Assembly: GCA_003971905.1 (NCBI GenBank) | Contig: RSEE01000095.1 | Span: forward strand, 124,001-188,000 | From: Moniliella sp. 'wahieum' | Taxonomy: Eukaryota | Length of the DNA stretch: 64,000 nucleotides | Direction: 5' to 3' | In this document: positions 30,105 to 43,734 of the stretch, in pieces | Layout: each line of letters starts with the position of its first letter | Position numbering within the stretch: the stretch's first letter is position 1 | Program-made: the position numbers and the translations under genes | The notes under the pieces: model-generated | The model's database searches: none | What the model was told of the DNA's origin: nothing | The model's input: the letters and a program-made list of their open reading frames with translations, nothing else

Positions 30105-31670
30105 TTAATCATAATGTGACAGACGGTAGACCAGCACTTTACCCCTCGAGTTGCTTACCGCCAGCCCGCGTCCGGTCGGATCAAAGTCGACGCTGGATAT
30201 ATGGGCCAGGGGCGTGTTGGCAGTAGGCCAATTGGCAAAGACGGAGCCCGACTGGGCGTGGAGGATGCGCAAAGCGTCCCGTTTGGGTCGGCTGGCCATC
30301 GCCATCATCTCACTTTGTGGGTACCAGGCTAAGGCGGTGATGGTGGTGGCAAGGTTATTGAGGGTGGTGCGGGGCTGAATGGTACGTACGGTAGCGAGTT
30401 GGCCAGCAGCCACAGCGGCAGCCTGCGCTTCAGCCGACAACAAGTTCCCTCCTCCGTCCGACAAGCCCGCCAAAGCACGCCATATCGTACAGCGACACAA
30501 TCCCATTGCTCGCGCCTACCGCTACCGTCGTACCGTTCGGCGAGACCGAGAGACTCTTGGGACGGAACAGGTCCGTATCCGTCGCTCGCACTGTCGAGGT
30601 AAGCATCCTCGTGTCCCACACGCCTACCTCGCCTGAACTCGTGAACGACAACAGACGCGGCGCCGTACCGAACTCCGCGCGGGACGTGATCCCATGCCAT
30701 GCCGGCTACCGGACCAGGCGCCTGCAGCGTGGCGATCACCGACGCCGACCCGGCGCCCGACCGCCCCCAATCCAACAAACTCATCTCGCCTTGTCGCCCG
30801 CGAATCGCAACCAGCGTATCTTTGCCGCCCCTGGCCTGCATGGACGGCGGCATGGGATTTGCGTAGGCAAGCGAGCGCAACTCGTCGTCGGTGCGTGTAG
30901 TTGCGTTGGACAAGCGCCAAGGGGTAGAGTGAACGATTTTTTGGCTGGCCAAGTCCCATGCATACAAGAACGGTCGGTCTCCCGATAAGAGCGCACTCGC
31001 ATTCGTCCCGACCGTAGCCCATGCGACGGTACGGATAGGCAAGTGGGGTACATGCGCTTGCAGTACCAGTTGTCCGCCTGGGTCCCGCTGGGCGGCTGAA
31101 GCCGATGCCGAGGCCGAGCGCGCCAGCGAAGGAAGTGACCATAGCCGCACACGTCGGTCCCGCGAGCCCGTCGCAAGTAATGGTGCCCCGCCCGTGGGCA
31201 GGGTAGAATTGCATGGCGTCAATCGCTGATCGTTGGACCTCTTCCATGTTTGCTGTCACATCGCGCACACGGGTCACGACGAGTTGGTGGGCAGGCAAGG
31301 GAGGTTGCTTGCCCCGCCCGTGCCCGGGGGAGAGCAAAGGCCGGTCACTAGCCAAGAGGGCCGACAGGGACGAGGACGCAGCTGCACCCGCACTGCCCAC
31401 CTCGTCGTCGGGGGACGACGGAACATGCGCGCGCAGGCGTCCACCGTCTCGCGTACTCTTCCCCGTCGACCGACATTTCCTCTGGGTACAGCCGCAGTTT
31501 CTTCAGACGTCCCGTCTCTGATGCACCTCCATCTGCGGCGGGCTAATGGCCTGGCGAGCGGAACGGTCAGCCGCTCGTCGTCCGGATCCACCCAGGCTGG
31601 CCGACCGTCAATCTGCTCTTTCTCCTTGGCTTAGCTTGATCTGAGACGGGGCAGGTGTGACAGGCGACAT
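30105..31670 (-). CDS. UTP18: U3 snoRNP WD40 protein Utp18 (start uncertain)
   Basis: AWVDPDDERLTV, RVRDV, WD repeats and the C-terminal NLATTITAL..MASRPKRDALR..VFANWPTANTPL..GKVLVYRL. Confidence 0.9.
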
Positions 31671-31940
31671 CACATGTGACACATGTGGTCGCCAGCAAGC
31701 AGCGGCGCCCGGCTGGCTGCTCCACTCCAACACACACTGGGCCAGTGCGGGCGGGCGGGCGCCGCGGCGGGAGCAAGGCAGCTGTGGGTGGGGGGCACGG
31801 GGGCAGCGTGCGGGCGGGCGGCGTGTGAGTGCATGTGCGCTTGCAGCTGAGCATGGCGCGTCACACCACCGTCTGAGCGTCTGGCCGTCTGACCATCCAG
31901 CGCATCCCTTCTCCTCTCCTCCTCCCGCCACGCCTGCCTG

Positions 31941-34900
31941 ATGTCCGCGCCGCCCACGCAGGCCCCGCCGCCCCCGGCAGCAGCACCCAGCAACACCGCC
32001 GCCATCACAGCCCACCCTCCTCTCTCCCACCGCCACCCCTTCTTCCCCCCCCCCCCCCCCCCCTTCCTTCCCTCCCCCCGCCCCCCCGCCGCACCGCCCC
32101 CGCCCCCGCGCCCCGCGCCTCCGCCCCTCCTACACGCCCCTCAAGCTCGCCGGCCACAACTCCACCCCCAGCGTCGCCCTCGACCCCCGCCTTTGCCGCC
32201 TCCCTCATCGCCCGCCCCCCAGTCCACCTCGCCCCGCCCGGACACCCAGCCCTCGCCCCGGCCCTCGCCCCGGCCCTCGCCCCCGCCCGTCGCCCCGGCC
32301 CTCGCCCACGCCCATCACGCCCCAGCTCAGCGCGTCGGCGCCCCGCCCGGCCCCCGCCGTCGCCCGTGCCCGCCACGCGTTCTCTCGCAGCACCTCCGCC
32401 CCGCCCAGCGCGGGCGCCTGGCCCCCGTCCCGGCCAACGCACCCCCCAATATACACCGCTCAAGCTCAGCGGACACAATTCCACCCCCAGTGTGGCCCTT
32501 GACCCACTCGCCTTTGCCGCCTCCCTCGACTCTTCTCGTCCTTCCAGCGCAGTCGAACCCGACCTGCCATTGGCCCCATCTCAAAAGCATCCCCTGGCGC
32601 GCCGCACCAGCCATCTTTGCACCCCAGCCCCATCCCTCCCGCTGTTACAGAGGAACGTCTGGGCCTCGCCCCTCCCAAACCCTCGTCCCTGCCCCCACAG
32701 CCCACATCCTGCCCAAGACCCAGCATGCCCGCACCCCCACCATGGCTCCGGGCGCAGTCCAAGTCCTCGTCCAAAACCCAAACCAGACTCGGAAACGGTA
32801 CTGTCAGCCTGCCGCAAACAAGCTGCTCGGCTGCCCCCTCCCCGCCTCCGCTAGCTCCGGCACCCCCAGTTCCAGTTCCAGGTCCGGCTCCGGCTCTGGT
32901 TCCGGTTCTAGTCCTGCTTCTTCGAGTGAGAGTGAACAAGGGGGCCCTTCCTCACCGTCTGCGGACGCATCGTCCTCGGATCCTCGGATCAATCAGCAGA
33001 AGACTTGCTGGAAGCGCACCGTGCGGCGGTGCGCGCTGCCTGGCGCCCTCCGCCCCGTTGGACAAGGGCATCGACTTTGTTCCCGATCCGCTCTTGCTGC
33101 CCTCCCCCACTTCGACCGACATGGCACCTATTGCAGCACCTATCGGACTGGTCGAGGCCGCGGCGGATGCAGTAGCAGCGGCCGAGGCAGCGCGAGCCTG
33201 CCACACCCAGCACCCCCATGCCGCGAAGCAGCGGCCGAGGCAGAGGCTGCTGCCGAAGCCGTGGCGGCGGAAGACGCACGAGGCTGCACTCGAAGCGGGC
33301 TTGGCTCAGGGCCGTTCGTCGTTGGCCGTGTACGAGACGCTGGGACTGCCCGAGACGATCGATATTTTCCTGCCGGGCCAAACAGCGTGGAACGAGTACC
33401 GTGCCGAGCGCTCGGCAGCGTTGGCGGCACAAGCTCAGTTTGCTCGCAGGCGGCGCAGATGGCCCACATGGCAGCTGGGTGTCTCGCCAATGGCATGCCG
33501 CCGCTGCCTTCGGGGGAGAATGCATTGTCTGTCCTATCGGGCATGCCCATCCTCTTCCTGCTGCGCCGCTCGCTGCCCTCCTCCAGGCTCGGAAGGCGGC
33601 CTGGGCCTCCCCCCTCGTGTTCGAAGGCCCATGAACCGTCCGCCCCCGATCGACGACGAGCCTGACCAGACTGACCAGGTGAGCATGCCTCTTCTAACTG
33701 CTACGTCGGGAACTGACCACCGTCCATCAGATGCGGCCTTCGTCGGCGCACAGCTCCAGCTTGGTGCCCAAATGGCTCGCCAGCGGGTGGTCTCGCCCAG
33801 GTCCGTCTCCCACCCCGTCCCAGGAACGCGACGCGGAGCAGCCCACGAGTGGGCCAGCAGTCCAATTGAGCGTCTCTCCTGGTGGTACACCCAACCCAAC
33901 TGCCGCCCCAGGAACGCTCACTTTCCTCCAACGTCTGTCAGGTGCAGCTAAGCGGGCGAGTCTAAGCTTGACTCACTATGGCGATGCTTCCTCGGCCGGC
34001 GACCGGGACGGCCTTCGTTCCCGCAGCCGCTCGCCCAACCCGACCGAAGAGGCATCGGAGCATAAGGGCACAACGGGCTCCATGTTGAATGCGCTCGGCT
34101 TCCGCCGCTCCCATCCGACCTCGCCCCAACCCGTCAACGAAAAGGGCGCGCGTCCGGCATGGCAAAGTCTCGGTGCCGGATTTGGGTATGACATTCCCCC
34201 CATTCGCTCGTCTTCAGGCTTATCGACGCAAGCGGATGCCGAGGCCGATCGATCGTTGTCCAAGAACGACGAGATGGAGGAGGTGGACATGCGCACCAAC
34301 CCATCCGAAGATGGTGACACGTCTTCCCTCGAAGAAGGCGAGCGTGGCAAGCTCGACTTGGACTTCCCACGGACGTGGAAACGCCTGCCATGACAGCGGT
34401 GCCTCAAGCGCCCTTGGCAAGCCTCGGCCACGGACGGCCGACAACATCCCTCGCCGGTCGCTCGGACCGTACCTCGTCTGCATCGAAATATGCCCCGTCG
34501 CATGACCGTGTAACCAGTGGCCTGCAACTCAACGCTTCTGCGCCCTCGTTCACCCCAGGCAGCCGGGCCCCCAGTGCCTCCTTCACCTTTGTCGCCCCGC
34601 CCACAGCACCCAAAATGGCCTCGCCCCCACCACGCGTCCCGGTCGTTGGGACGATGGCGAGCAAGGCAGGGAAAAACGGTTCCGGCCCACCATGCCCCCT
34701 GGCGCTGACCTCCGTCCCACTGGGCCCACGGGCAACTCGGCTCGCGCCAACAGATCCCATCCTGCCATCCCACCCTCCTTGTTTGCCCTCCCACCCGCGA
34801 CGCCACGCAAGCTAGAGATCCGAGCGCCGGCGCCCGATCCTCAGCCGCAGCCATCTGCTCTTGGCTCAGCCACCGCGCCTGCCACCCCTGGGCCCGAGCC

Positions 34901-37900
34901 CAAAGCGGATCAAACGAGTGCCCCTACTCCTGCTACTCCTGCTGCTCCTTCTGTCCCATCCGGCCTTGCCCGACTTTTGGCTGGGCGCGATGCCGGAGCA
35001 GAAAAGGAAGTGGCACACCCACCTCTCGACGCTGACGAGACGGCCGTGGCGTCTGATGAAGAGGATGGGTCGGAACAGGCACACCGACGGCGCCGGAGCC
35101 AAGCACCTTCGCATTCAAGTGAGCGGGCGGCCGCAGCAGCCAAACTGTCGCAGGTGGTGCGCACGGCGACCCAACGGCACGCCGCCACCTTATCTGCCAC
35201 CTCTATTGGTTCCCGCACGGGGCTGCCCGCAACACCGCGCGAGCTCGGCTGGCATCGGACTTACCTTCGTCCATTGGTGCTCCCGATCCAGTCGCTGCCG
35301 CTCTGGCTGCCGCACGGGCCGAAGCAGCCGAGGCAGAAGACATTGTTGACCAAATCGTCACCCGGCTCGATGCGAGCCTGGACAGCTGGGGGCAGCGCCT
35401 GCTTGCCCGGGTCGAAGCTGAGCGGTTGGCTTCGGCTTCGCTCGCGCGTGGCCGGGCAGCCAGTCCTCCACGTGCGCTACCCAGTCGGGCCAACGCATTG
35501 GTCACCCCCACGCGCAGCACCTTGCGTGGTACGCCCCTTTCGCTCCCGGCCGCCCCGCGGCCTGGTGAGCCCAACCCGTTCCCCTCGCCCTCTCACCTGG
35601 CTCGTTCCCACGCCCCCGCCTCGCTCTCGCTCTCTTCCACCTCGACCAGCCCGCCCGAGGTGCTTTCGCGCGTCGAGCAGGGCGTGCGCACCACCTTCTC
35701 CAACTACCTCAAGCGCCTTCCTGGTCTGGGTGCCCCCGCGTCCGGTTCGGACGGCAACCACGGTGCGCGTGCAACGCTCCCTGCTCGCCCTCCTCACGCG
35801 CCCGCCAGTCCTGACTCGCTCACCGACGCCCAGGGTTCCCCCGACTTTGATTATGTCGAGGAGACGCTGCGTGCCAAGGTGGTCGAGTTGGAAACGGAGG
35901 TCCTGGCCATTGTCAAACAAGGTATCACCCGCGCTGTGCAGCAGCAGCAGCAGCAGCAGCAAAACGTGCCCACCGACCCGTCGTCTGCTCCCGCTCCTGC
36001 TTCCGCTCCCGGTCCTGCTTCCGCGCAGGTCACGGTGACCATGTCGGCGGAGGAGATAGGTGCGTTGGCCGATACGCTGGACGAGCGGATGAGCAGCTCG
36101 TTCGAGGCGGCCCAGGCTGAACTGGTGCGCTTGCTAGGCCAGCCGTCGGAACCGGTGGTGCGTATCTTGCGCGAGACCGAGGCGGCGATCGAGGCGCATG
36201 CAGCTTCGTTCATGGCGACACAGCAGTCGGTCGAAACGTTGCTGCATACCTTGCCGGCCAAGTTTGATTTGGCGGCAGATACGCTTGCTGGTGCTGGGCA
36301 AGGCGTAGCCGCGCAGGTACAAGCGAGTGTGGTCAGTGCGCTGCAGCCGCAGCTGGAGAACCTGCGTGCCGAGTCGGAGCAGATGGATGGTGAGGTAGTT
36401 GCAGCGCGGGTGCTTGCGGCATTGGTACCCCTGCTTGAAAGCAGACAAGACGAGATGCCCGATCGGATGGCTGAAGCGATCGCGGGCCAGTTACGAGCCG
36501 AATTGCGCACCCAAATTCACCTCCAAATGCAAGCTCACTTCCACGACCAAGCGCACGAGGCCGAGGCAACGCGTACCGCCGCCTTGCGCCGCTTGGCCTT
36601 ACCGCCTGCCTCACTCGGTGCGCCCAGCTCAATCAGCACCACCTTGTCCTCGCCCCCCGGAGGCGCGATCGCGACCGCGACTCGGACAGTGGAGAAGCCG
36701 CTTCGACCACGGCGGCTACCACGGTGGCAGATACCGGGTCGGTCGGTGCCGGTGCAGCGCACGAGGAGGATACGACCGACCGCTCGCCACTCCTACTGAC
36801 CAGACCGAGGGGCAGGACAAGACGCATGAATCGAGTCTGACGGCGGAAATGGTGGCAGAGCTGGCCACGGCGTTGGCGAGTGAGCTACGGGCGTCGGGAG
36901 GGCTGAGTTTGGACCCGCTGCTGGAACGACTGGACCCGCTTGTGAGCACGCAAGAAAAGACATGGCAGTTGGGCAATGACTTGCTCACCGCCAAGCCGAA
37001 TTGGCCGGCACGTTGCGTGCGCTTCCGGCGTCGTTGGGGGCCAAGACGGATGTTCCTGACTGCGACGAGGGAGACGCACCAGACCCAGCAGCTCATCCTG
37101 GATCGTCTGATGCACGTGGCCGAGGCGGCGCAAGCAGCGCAAGTACGTATCTCGGAAGTGGAAGAAACTGCACGGAGTCGGACGGAGGCCATGGCCGAAG
37201 CGCAAAAGCGTCACGGTCAGATCGAGGTGGAGCTTAAAGCGGCCCAAGCCGAACTCGCTGCGACCAACAAGTACGTTGCTACGCTCAAAGAGGAAGTGGA
37301 GGATTTGGAAAGTCGATTGGAATCGGCCCAGACGACAGCGACGACGGCAACGGAGCAACTGCGGGATGCGCATTCGCGGTTGCGCGATGCGGTCGAAGCA
37401 CGCCATGCTGCTGAGCGGGGCAACGATGATGTGCGTCGACGCATGGCCCAGGCTGAGGCGGAGGTGGCGCGTGCCCAGTCGGCCAGCTCGCTGGCGAGTA
37501 CGCGTGCGGACGAGGCGCGTGCGGCGCTGGATCGGGAGCGGGAAGATCGGGCGGTGGAACGGACGCGGATGCAGGCCGAGGTGAGCGACTGGCGTACGCG
37601 CGCAGCTCGTGCCACCGAAGAAGCCGAGCAAGCTCATACCCGTCTCGACACGTTGGTCAACGATGCCCAGACGACCCGTACCAACGCTGCTTCCGACGTG
37701 GCTCGTGCCCAAGCCCAAGCGGCCAAGGCCGAGGGAGCGTTGGGCGTGGCACAAGAACGTGTCACCGAGTTGACCCTCCAAAACCAAGATCTGATCCAAG
37801 CTTTGGCAACCCAAAAGCACGCCGCTGCTTCGGCCCAGCAACGTTCGGCCGAGACAGAACGTCGGATGCAAGGCGCCCTGACGCGGTCTAACGACTTGTC

Positions 37901-38506
37901 GGCCCAGGTGGACGAGTTGAACAAGGAACTGACCACGAGTCGTGCAAATGAGAAGGTACGTGATCGTCTGCCCTGCCACTGCTACTTTTTGCGTCTGCCC
38001 CAATACTAAACTACATTGAACTGAACTGAACTAACCTGACACTTATCATCGACCCAGAACCTGCGCGACGAAGTGGGTCAGCTCACCACCCAATTCGCCG
38101 CCGTCGAGACGGAGTGGCGTCAATGAAGGAGACGTTGGTCAGCAAGGACGTGTACGACGATGCCTGCCGCGAAACCGAGCTGGCACGGCGCGAGACGGAC
38201 ACGCTACGTACCGAGCGGGACGAGTTGCGTAGGCAACTGGATGCCCTGCGCGCCGACTTGGCTCGCACCACCACTTTGGCCTCGACCTCCACCACGGCAC
38301 TCAAGGGAACCCAGCATACGTTTACGTCTCCGCGCGCTGTTCTGCACGAGGTGCAGGATGAGAACCTCGCTCCGGCCCAGACGGAACAACTGGACCAGCC
38401 CAAACTCTCCTTTGCATCCTTTGTTCCGGGCCGCGAACGTGCTCAGCCGTACGACTGGTCCACCGACCTTGTCGTGCAAGAAGATGACGATGGCTGGTGG
38501 AGCTGA
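31941..38506 (+). CDS. Large uncharacterised protein: low-complexity N-terminus, coiled-coil C-terminal third, ends DDDGWWS (introns ~33679-33752, ~37956-38057)
   Basis: Continuous coding-like frames, an IDIFLPGQTAWNEYR motif, a heptad-rich region at 37000-38270 and a canonical GTACGT..CAG intron. Confidence 0.7.
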
Positions 38507-39611
38507 GCCCCGGACCCCGGACCTTGGCCTGAACCTCCAAACGCCAATCCCCTCCCTCAAAACCTTCTCCAACAGCTTCAACCCTCAACCCTCGAAACCC
38601 TCAAAACTCAAAACTCTCAATTCTCAACTCTCAACTCTCAACCACCAACCATCTCATTCACAACCTTTTTAGTTCACCCACATATATGTTGATCCTGCCT
38701 TTACCCCCTCTCCTCTTTCTCCTGGCTACTCCTCTCCGTCTCACCAATTTTGACCGTTGTACCCGTTGCGCCTACCCCAAGAACGCCATTGGACCAGCCC
38801 GGCTTCCCCCCCCCCCCCCCCCAGGGCGAGCTGAGAGCTGAGAGCTGAGAGCTGAGCGCTGAGCGCTCAGCTGCGAGCTACTGGCTGGCTTCCATGGTTT
38901 CTTCCCCCTGCGCCTATCCGTCCTGTTCTCCCGAATCTCCGATGCTATGTGTGCTGTCTTTTCTCCCAAACTCCCAAAAGGAACTTTTGTCCAAACATAA
39001 GGTAAAGAAGAAAAAAACAAATGAGAATAGGGGTATGTATAGGAGGGGGAGGTTGTGGATCTGGTAAGTGGAGGAGCCTGATTTAGTTGGTAGGATGTAA
39101 CCCCCCCCAGCGGGACGGGGTGAAAAAAATAGTGCCTTCTGGTAAAAGCATCAAGATCAATGTTATCAACCGTTGCGGTCTCCAGTGCGGCGCATGAAAA
39201 CAGTGAGAAACGGGCCGCTGGCGCTCAGTGTTTGCGCCAAAAGGGTAAAACAAACGTATGCCATGCAGAATCGGCATGAAAATATGCAGCAAGAAAAGGG
39301 TAGATAGTATAGTTTGGAGAAAGAGATCAAGAAGTTGAGGATGATCGCAACCACGAGAAAGAACACGTCTCAGCTCTCGGCTCTCAGCCTGAGAATTTGA
39401 GAGGGTAAAAAAAGGGTACGATGGAAATAGAGGCCATAAAACAAGGGTGGGAAAGGTATAGAATCGCCCGCCGCGTGGGGATCACGAGCTGAAGGCACAC
39501 TGTGGTGCGGGCGAGGGGTATGCACAAACGCGGAGGAGGGGGTATAAACTCGGTATAGACGGAAGGGAGAAATGGTAAGAGAGGGGTAAAATGCGAGTGT
39601 TGGAATCGATA

Positions 39612-42143
39612 TTACTCTTGCATCTCGGGCACCTGATCCAGTTCGGAAGGTTGGCCCATATCAGAAGATGCCAGTGCCGTCAGTTGTTCGACCAAGGCCT
39701 TGGTGAACACTTCTTCAGTCAATGAGCTGCCTCGGGTCACACCATCCACAATCCGCACGTTTGCGTTGATGGGAGCGAGGGATTTGGGGTACAAATGGTA
39801 TCGTGGCGGGCCTGGATCAGTGTGAGTGGGATGAGCACCCCTGCCATCGAAACAGAGGGAAGGTGGGCTAGGATCGAGGCAGAATGGGAAGCGGAAGCCA
39901 AGGTTTCCTGTAGGTGTAACAGACTGGTGTGTCAATACCTCGGTGTCGTCCTTGAATAAAGCGGGAAGATACGTACCTCGTCGTTGGAAGTCAGGTTGGG
40001 CACGGAGCGGCCTTGAGCACGCTGCCAAGCGTTCCAAGCATGGGCCAGAGCCAGCTTTCCTGGTTGAGTTTCGTCCGTGGTGGGGTGCGCCAAGTTGGAT
40101 ACGACAGATTGGAGGACCGATTCGTACTCGTTCACCGTGATTGTATCTTCTTCCTTAGCGGGGACGAGATCAAGAGCGGCCCGGACCTGGCCCCACGCGT
40201 CGCTACAGCTGATGGAGGCTGCGGCCAAATCATGCGAGGTCGGATGACCAAAATCAACATCATGGGCCACCAGGGCTTTGGCAATTTTGGGGAAGGCAAG
40301 TGCGTACGTCCATGCGGGGACGACCCCCGTGCCTCTGGCAACGAGAATGCTCCAGTTGGCAATGGAGAGCCTTGAACGTAACGCCTCCAGTTGAATAGGA
40401 GTAGGAATGGCGTCGTTCGCCACAGAATGGGGGATGGTGACGAGCACAATTTGCTGATGCATTGTGTCGAGGACGGATCGCACGAAACTAGGTACCATTT
40501 CCGAGTCCGTCGCAGACTCAACCATGTCGGGAAGGTACAATAGGGGTTGATTCAGGGCATTGGCTTGGCCAAAAATTGAATAGTGCATCGCTTCCCCCCC
40601 GACAAAAGTGATCTCCCCAGACTCGAGCTCCCCACTCCGACCCCACTGGAACAAGGAAAATCGCGGGACAATCTTTTTGTGGGACTTGATTATCGCAGAA
40701 GAAGCCCCCACTCCGTCCCGAGCCAAGTCTGCACCAAGGTCGGTTGAGCCCCGGGGCGATCCGAGAAGAGAATGAGACGGCGAGGTGGGCGAGCGGAGGA
40801 TGATGGAGGCCGAGCGAGCATCGGTGGAAGCCAAACTGTTCAAGCGAGCGCGCCGCTTGCCCTCGCGCGACGCGACTGCCGATACAGACGTGGTTGCTGC
40901 GTGGGGATCTGTCGGAAGGGCAAACTCGCCTCCAATGTCGCCCATTTGCAAGCCTACCATGGGCGCAGCCGAGATCGGTTCGGCACTCACTACGGGGCGG
41001 GCCAAACTCGGAGCCCCCAATAACGAGTGTCGCGGCGTATGACTGCGTCCAGAGGCAGTAGACCACACGCGCATCCGGCGGTGCGTTGACACACTCATCG
41101 CAACACCCGGCGAGTCGAGAGGAGACGAGATCGAGGGCGACGACTCCAACGTACCCAAAGACAATTGTAGTCCTACTCCTTTGCCGCCCTGGGTACTGGC
41201 CGGGGCAGCCGGTAGAGTCATCGAGTCAGTGACTGGCTGTGCCCCCCAGTTTCAAGCATGGAGGTTGACAAGTCTACTTTTTTGGAGGGGAACAGGACGC
41301 CACCAGAAGCGAGCCCGGCGGTAACCACAGCTGTATGGGTAGTGGGATCCTTCGTCCCGGCCGCTTGAATTGGTTCAGTCGATTGGGGTTGGTCAATAAC
41401 AACCGGATCCGATCCGGTTTTGACGGTTTCAACAGGGTTGAAAGGTGGCGGGAAGGGGAGAGAAGCAGGTGCGGTAGGTGCAGGCTTCGGACATTGCTCG
41501 GTAGGAGCTATAGTGGCTGCTGTAGTATGCGAACGTGGACGAGACGGAGACGAGGCCCTAGGAGCGGGCCTAGACTGCGACACAAATGCCCCCGTGGTGG
41601 GACTTTTGGGAGGCGAGATTTGGAACGACGCAGGCCGATCTGTGTGCAAGTGCATACTAGCTGATCGCACGGCCGCGCTCATGGCGAGGGACATGCGTCT
41701 GGTGCGGGTACGCACCCGACTGACTGGAGACGCGGGCTTCTCAGTGGCAAGCGAGGTTGGAGGCGCACCTCCTGAACCCACCTCTTGAACAGGAAACAGA
41801 ACAGTTGCGTGCGCAGGCGCCCTCGAGCTGGCGGCTTTCTCGTCCATCATCTCCGTCTCACGGCGAGGCGAAGCGCCCAGAGCGCTAGCGAGGCTCATGG
41901 TGCGCAAATGGGAAGGGCGGGTGACATTGGAGTGGATATAGATGCGCGAGCGGAGTCGGCCAAAGCTTGTGCTCGTCAAGGACGGTGCTGGGGCGATGGA
42001 GGGATTGAGCAGGGACGCGTTCTCGTCCCCTGTTGCCCCCCCCAAGGACGGGAAGGGATGCAGGGGGGCTTCATCGGCCCGGACGTTTGACTGGCACGCG
42101 ACAAGGTGCGCCGTCGAATGGCCTCGGGAAAAGATGTCATCAT
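39612..42143 (-). CDS. Protein with a disordered N-terminus and a proline iminopeptidase-like alpha/beta-hydrolase domain lacking catalytic residues
   Basis: LEALRSRLSIANWSILVARGTGVVPAWTYALAFPKIAKALVAHDV aligns to the PIP consensus [44 protein letters not shown] matches PIP AxAWxxWE. Confidence 0.65.
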
Positions 42144-43288
42144 GGGGAGGGGATGGGGAAGAAGGGGAATAGAGGTGGTGGTGGTCGGGCGTCGAGCAAA
42201 TGCAAGGCCCTAGAGCAGAAGAATCCAGAGACGTCTCGTTGTGGCGCACAAAAACCCTGCCCACAGCAGGATTTAATATCGACGCTGGCGCTGGGCCGAG
42301 CAAAAGCCTATACATAGCACCCCCTGTAGGACGCCCCCCGTCCTCTGCTCTGCTGCCCTCCCCGACAGGTCAACCCGATCAACCTGATCAACGCGCGCAT
42401 CTCAGTCATCACATGCATCATCGACATCCGTCGCCATCATACCCACCACCCCACCGATCCTCTCGGTTTCGCAAAACCTTCAGTTGGTGTGATGTGGGGG
42501 TGATAGCTTGTCCAGGCTGGTGCCACGGCTCAGGGGCACTAGACCAGTTCATATGCCAGAGAATCGACGTGCTACTGCGCGCGCGCCCGCCTTTCCTGTC
42601 CTCCTTCTCTGCAGTTGGTGTCTTAGTTGTCTCTCTCCACATCACCGCTCCCCTCTTCGCTTCGGTCGTAGCCGCGTTCCCCCTCTCTGTAACTGATAGA
42701 CTGGCCATCTTTCCTGTAGACTGCTCGTCGGAGAGTGCCATGTTCTACGGCTCAACAACTTCTGCCAAAGAAGAGATAGATACATCAAAGCAAAAAACCC
42801 GAAAACATTTGATTGTTGCCAGGTTTTGCATCACCGTCTCGCGTCGACACCACCGCCCCGCCTCCACTGCCATGATCATGCTACTACAATAAGCGCTAAG
42901 CCCGCATCTGCACAACCGGCGCAAGCGCCCGATGTGATTGTAACTGTGGGATAAATTCAGCATATGTGCTACACAGAAGAGCCAGAGAGTGAGTTGTGTG
43001 GAGATGCCCGAGAAGTCGTTTTCTCTTATCATTCCGTTTACAACCTAGCCACTTTACCCACTTTGTGGAGGTCCAGGGTCATGCCCTTCGATTTCTCAAT
43101 AAAGTAGCTTACATCCTACTTTCCCACCGACTGGGCGCCATCATCCCCTTTGCCAACCAAAAAGAGAAGCAGGAGCAGGAGGTTCTTCCCCAACGTCTCA
43201 GCAAACAAAAGTGCCACAAAGGTCGAGTCGCTCTATCTTCCACACTGGAAAAAAGACCTGAACGAAAGTCCAATCGTCGTTGCCATCT

Positions 43289-43387
43289 GTTCTATTAGCT
43301 CAGTTGGCTAGAGCGTCCGACTGTTACACAGACGGCCTGTGCCCCTTTGGCATCGGGAGGTCGTTGGTTCGAGCCCAACATGGAACG
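43289..43387 (+). tRNA. tRNA-Asn(GTT) with a 25-nt intron
   Basis: Acceptor GTTCTAT/ATGGAAC, D arm AGCTCAGTTGGCTAGAGC, anticodon loop CTGTTA followed by the intron after position 37, T arm GTTGG-TTCGAGC-CCAAC, and a downstream T-run. Confidence 0.95.
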
Positions 43388-43407
43388 AAAACTTTTATTG
43401 CTTTTGC

Positions 43408-43602
43408 CGATGAGACCTAGAGTCCTGATGGTCCTCGAAGGTGATGCAATCGCACTGATGGTGGCGGTGGGGTAATCAGCAATGCCTATAGATGAACATC
43501 AAGCAGCGAGTCGCTATCAGGGGCTATAAGCTGCAGGGCAAAAGGAGGGAGAAAAAGGATAGATATAACTGTGTGCGAGTCAGCACCAGCTTTGGCTCAA
43601 AA
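43408..43602 (-). repeat. Degenerate LTR copy (related to 48810-49047)
   Basis: Roughly 85% identical by eye over ~135 bp to 48810-48950. Similarity starts exactly at GATGAGACC in both copies, and this copy ends CTCAAAA versus CTCAACA. Confidence 0.7.
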
Positions 43603-43734
43603 GACGCAGCCGCTCCTGTCACTGTAACATCGTTTGATCCCTGTAACCCCCGCCCCCCGTTCCTCCGTATATAACCCTCCTATCATCCTCTCCTCAGCTC
43701 TTCTTGTGCTCACACCACCACCACCACATCGCCA

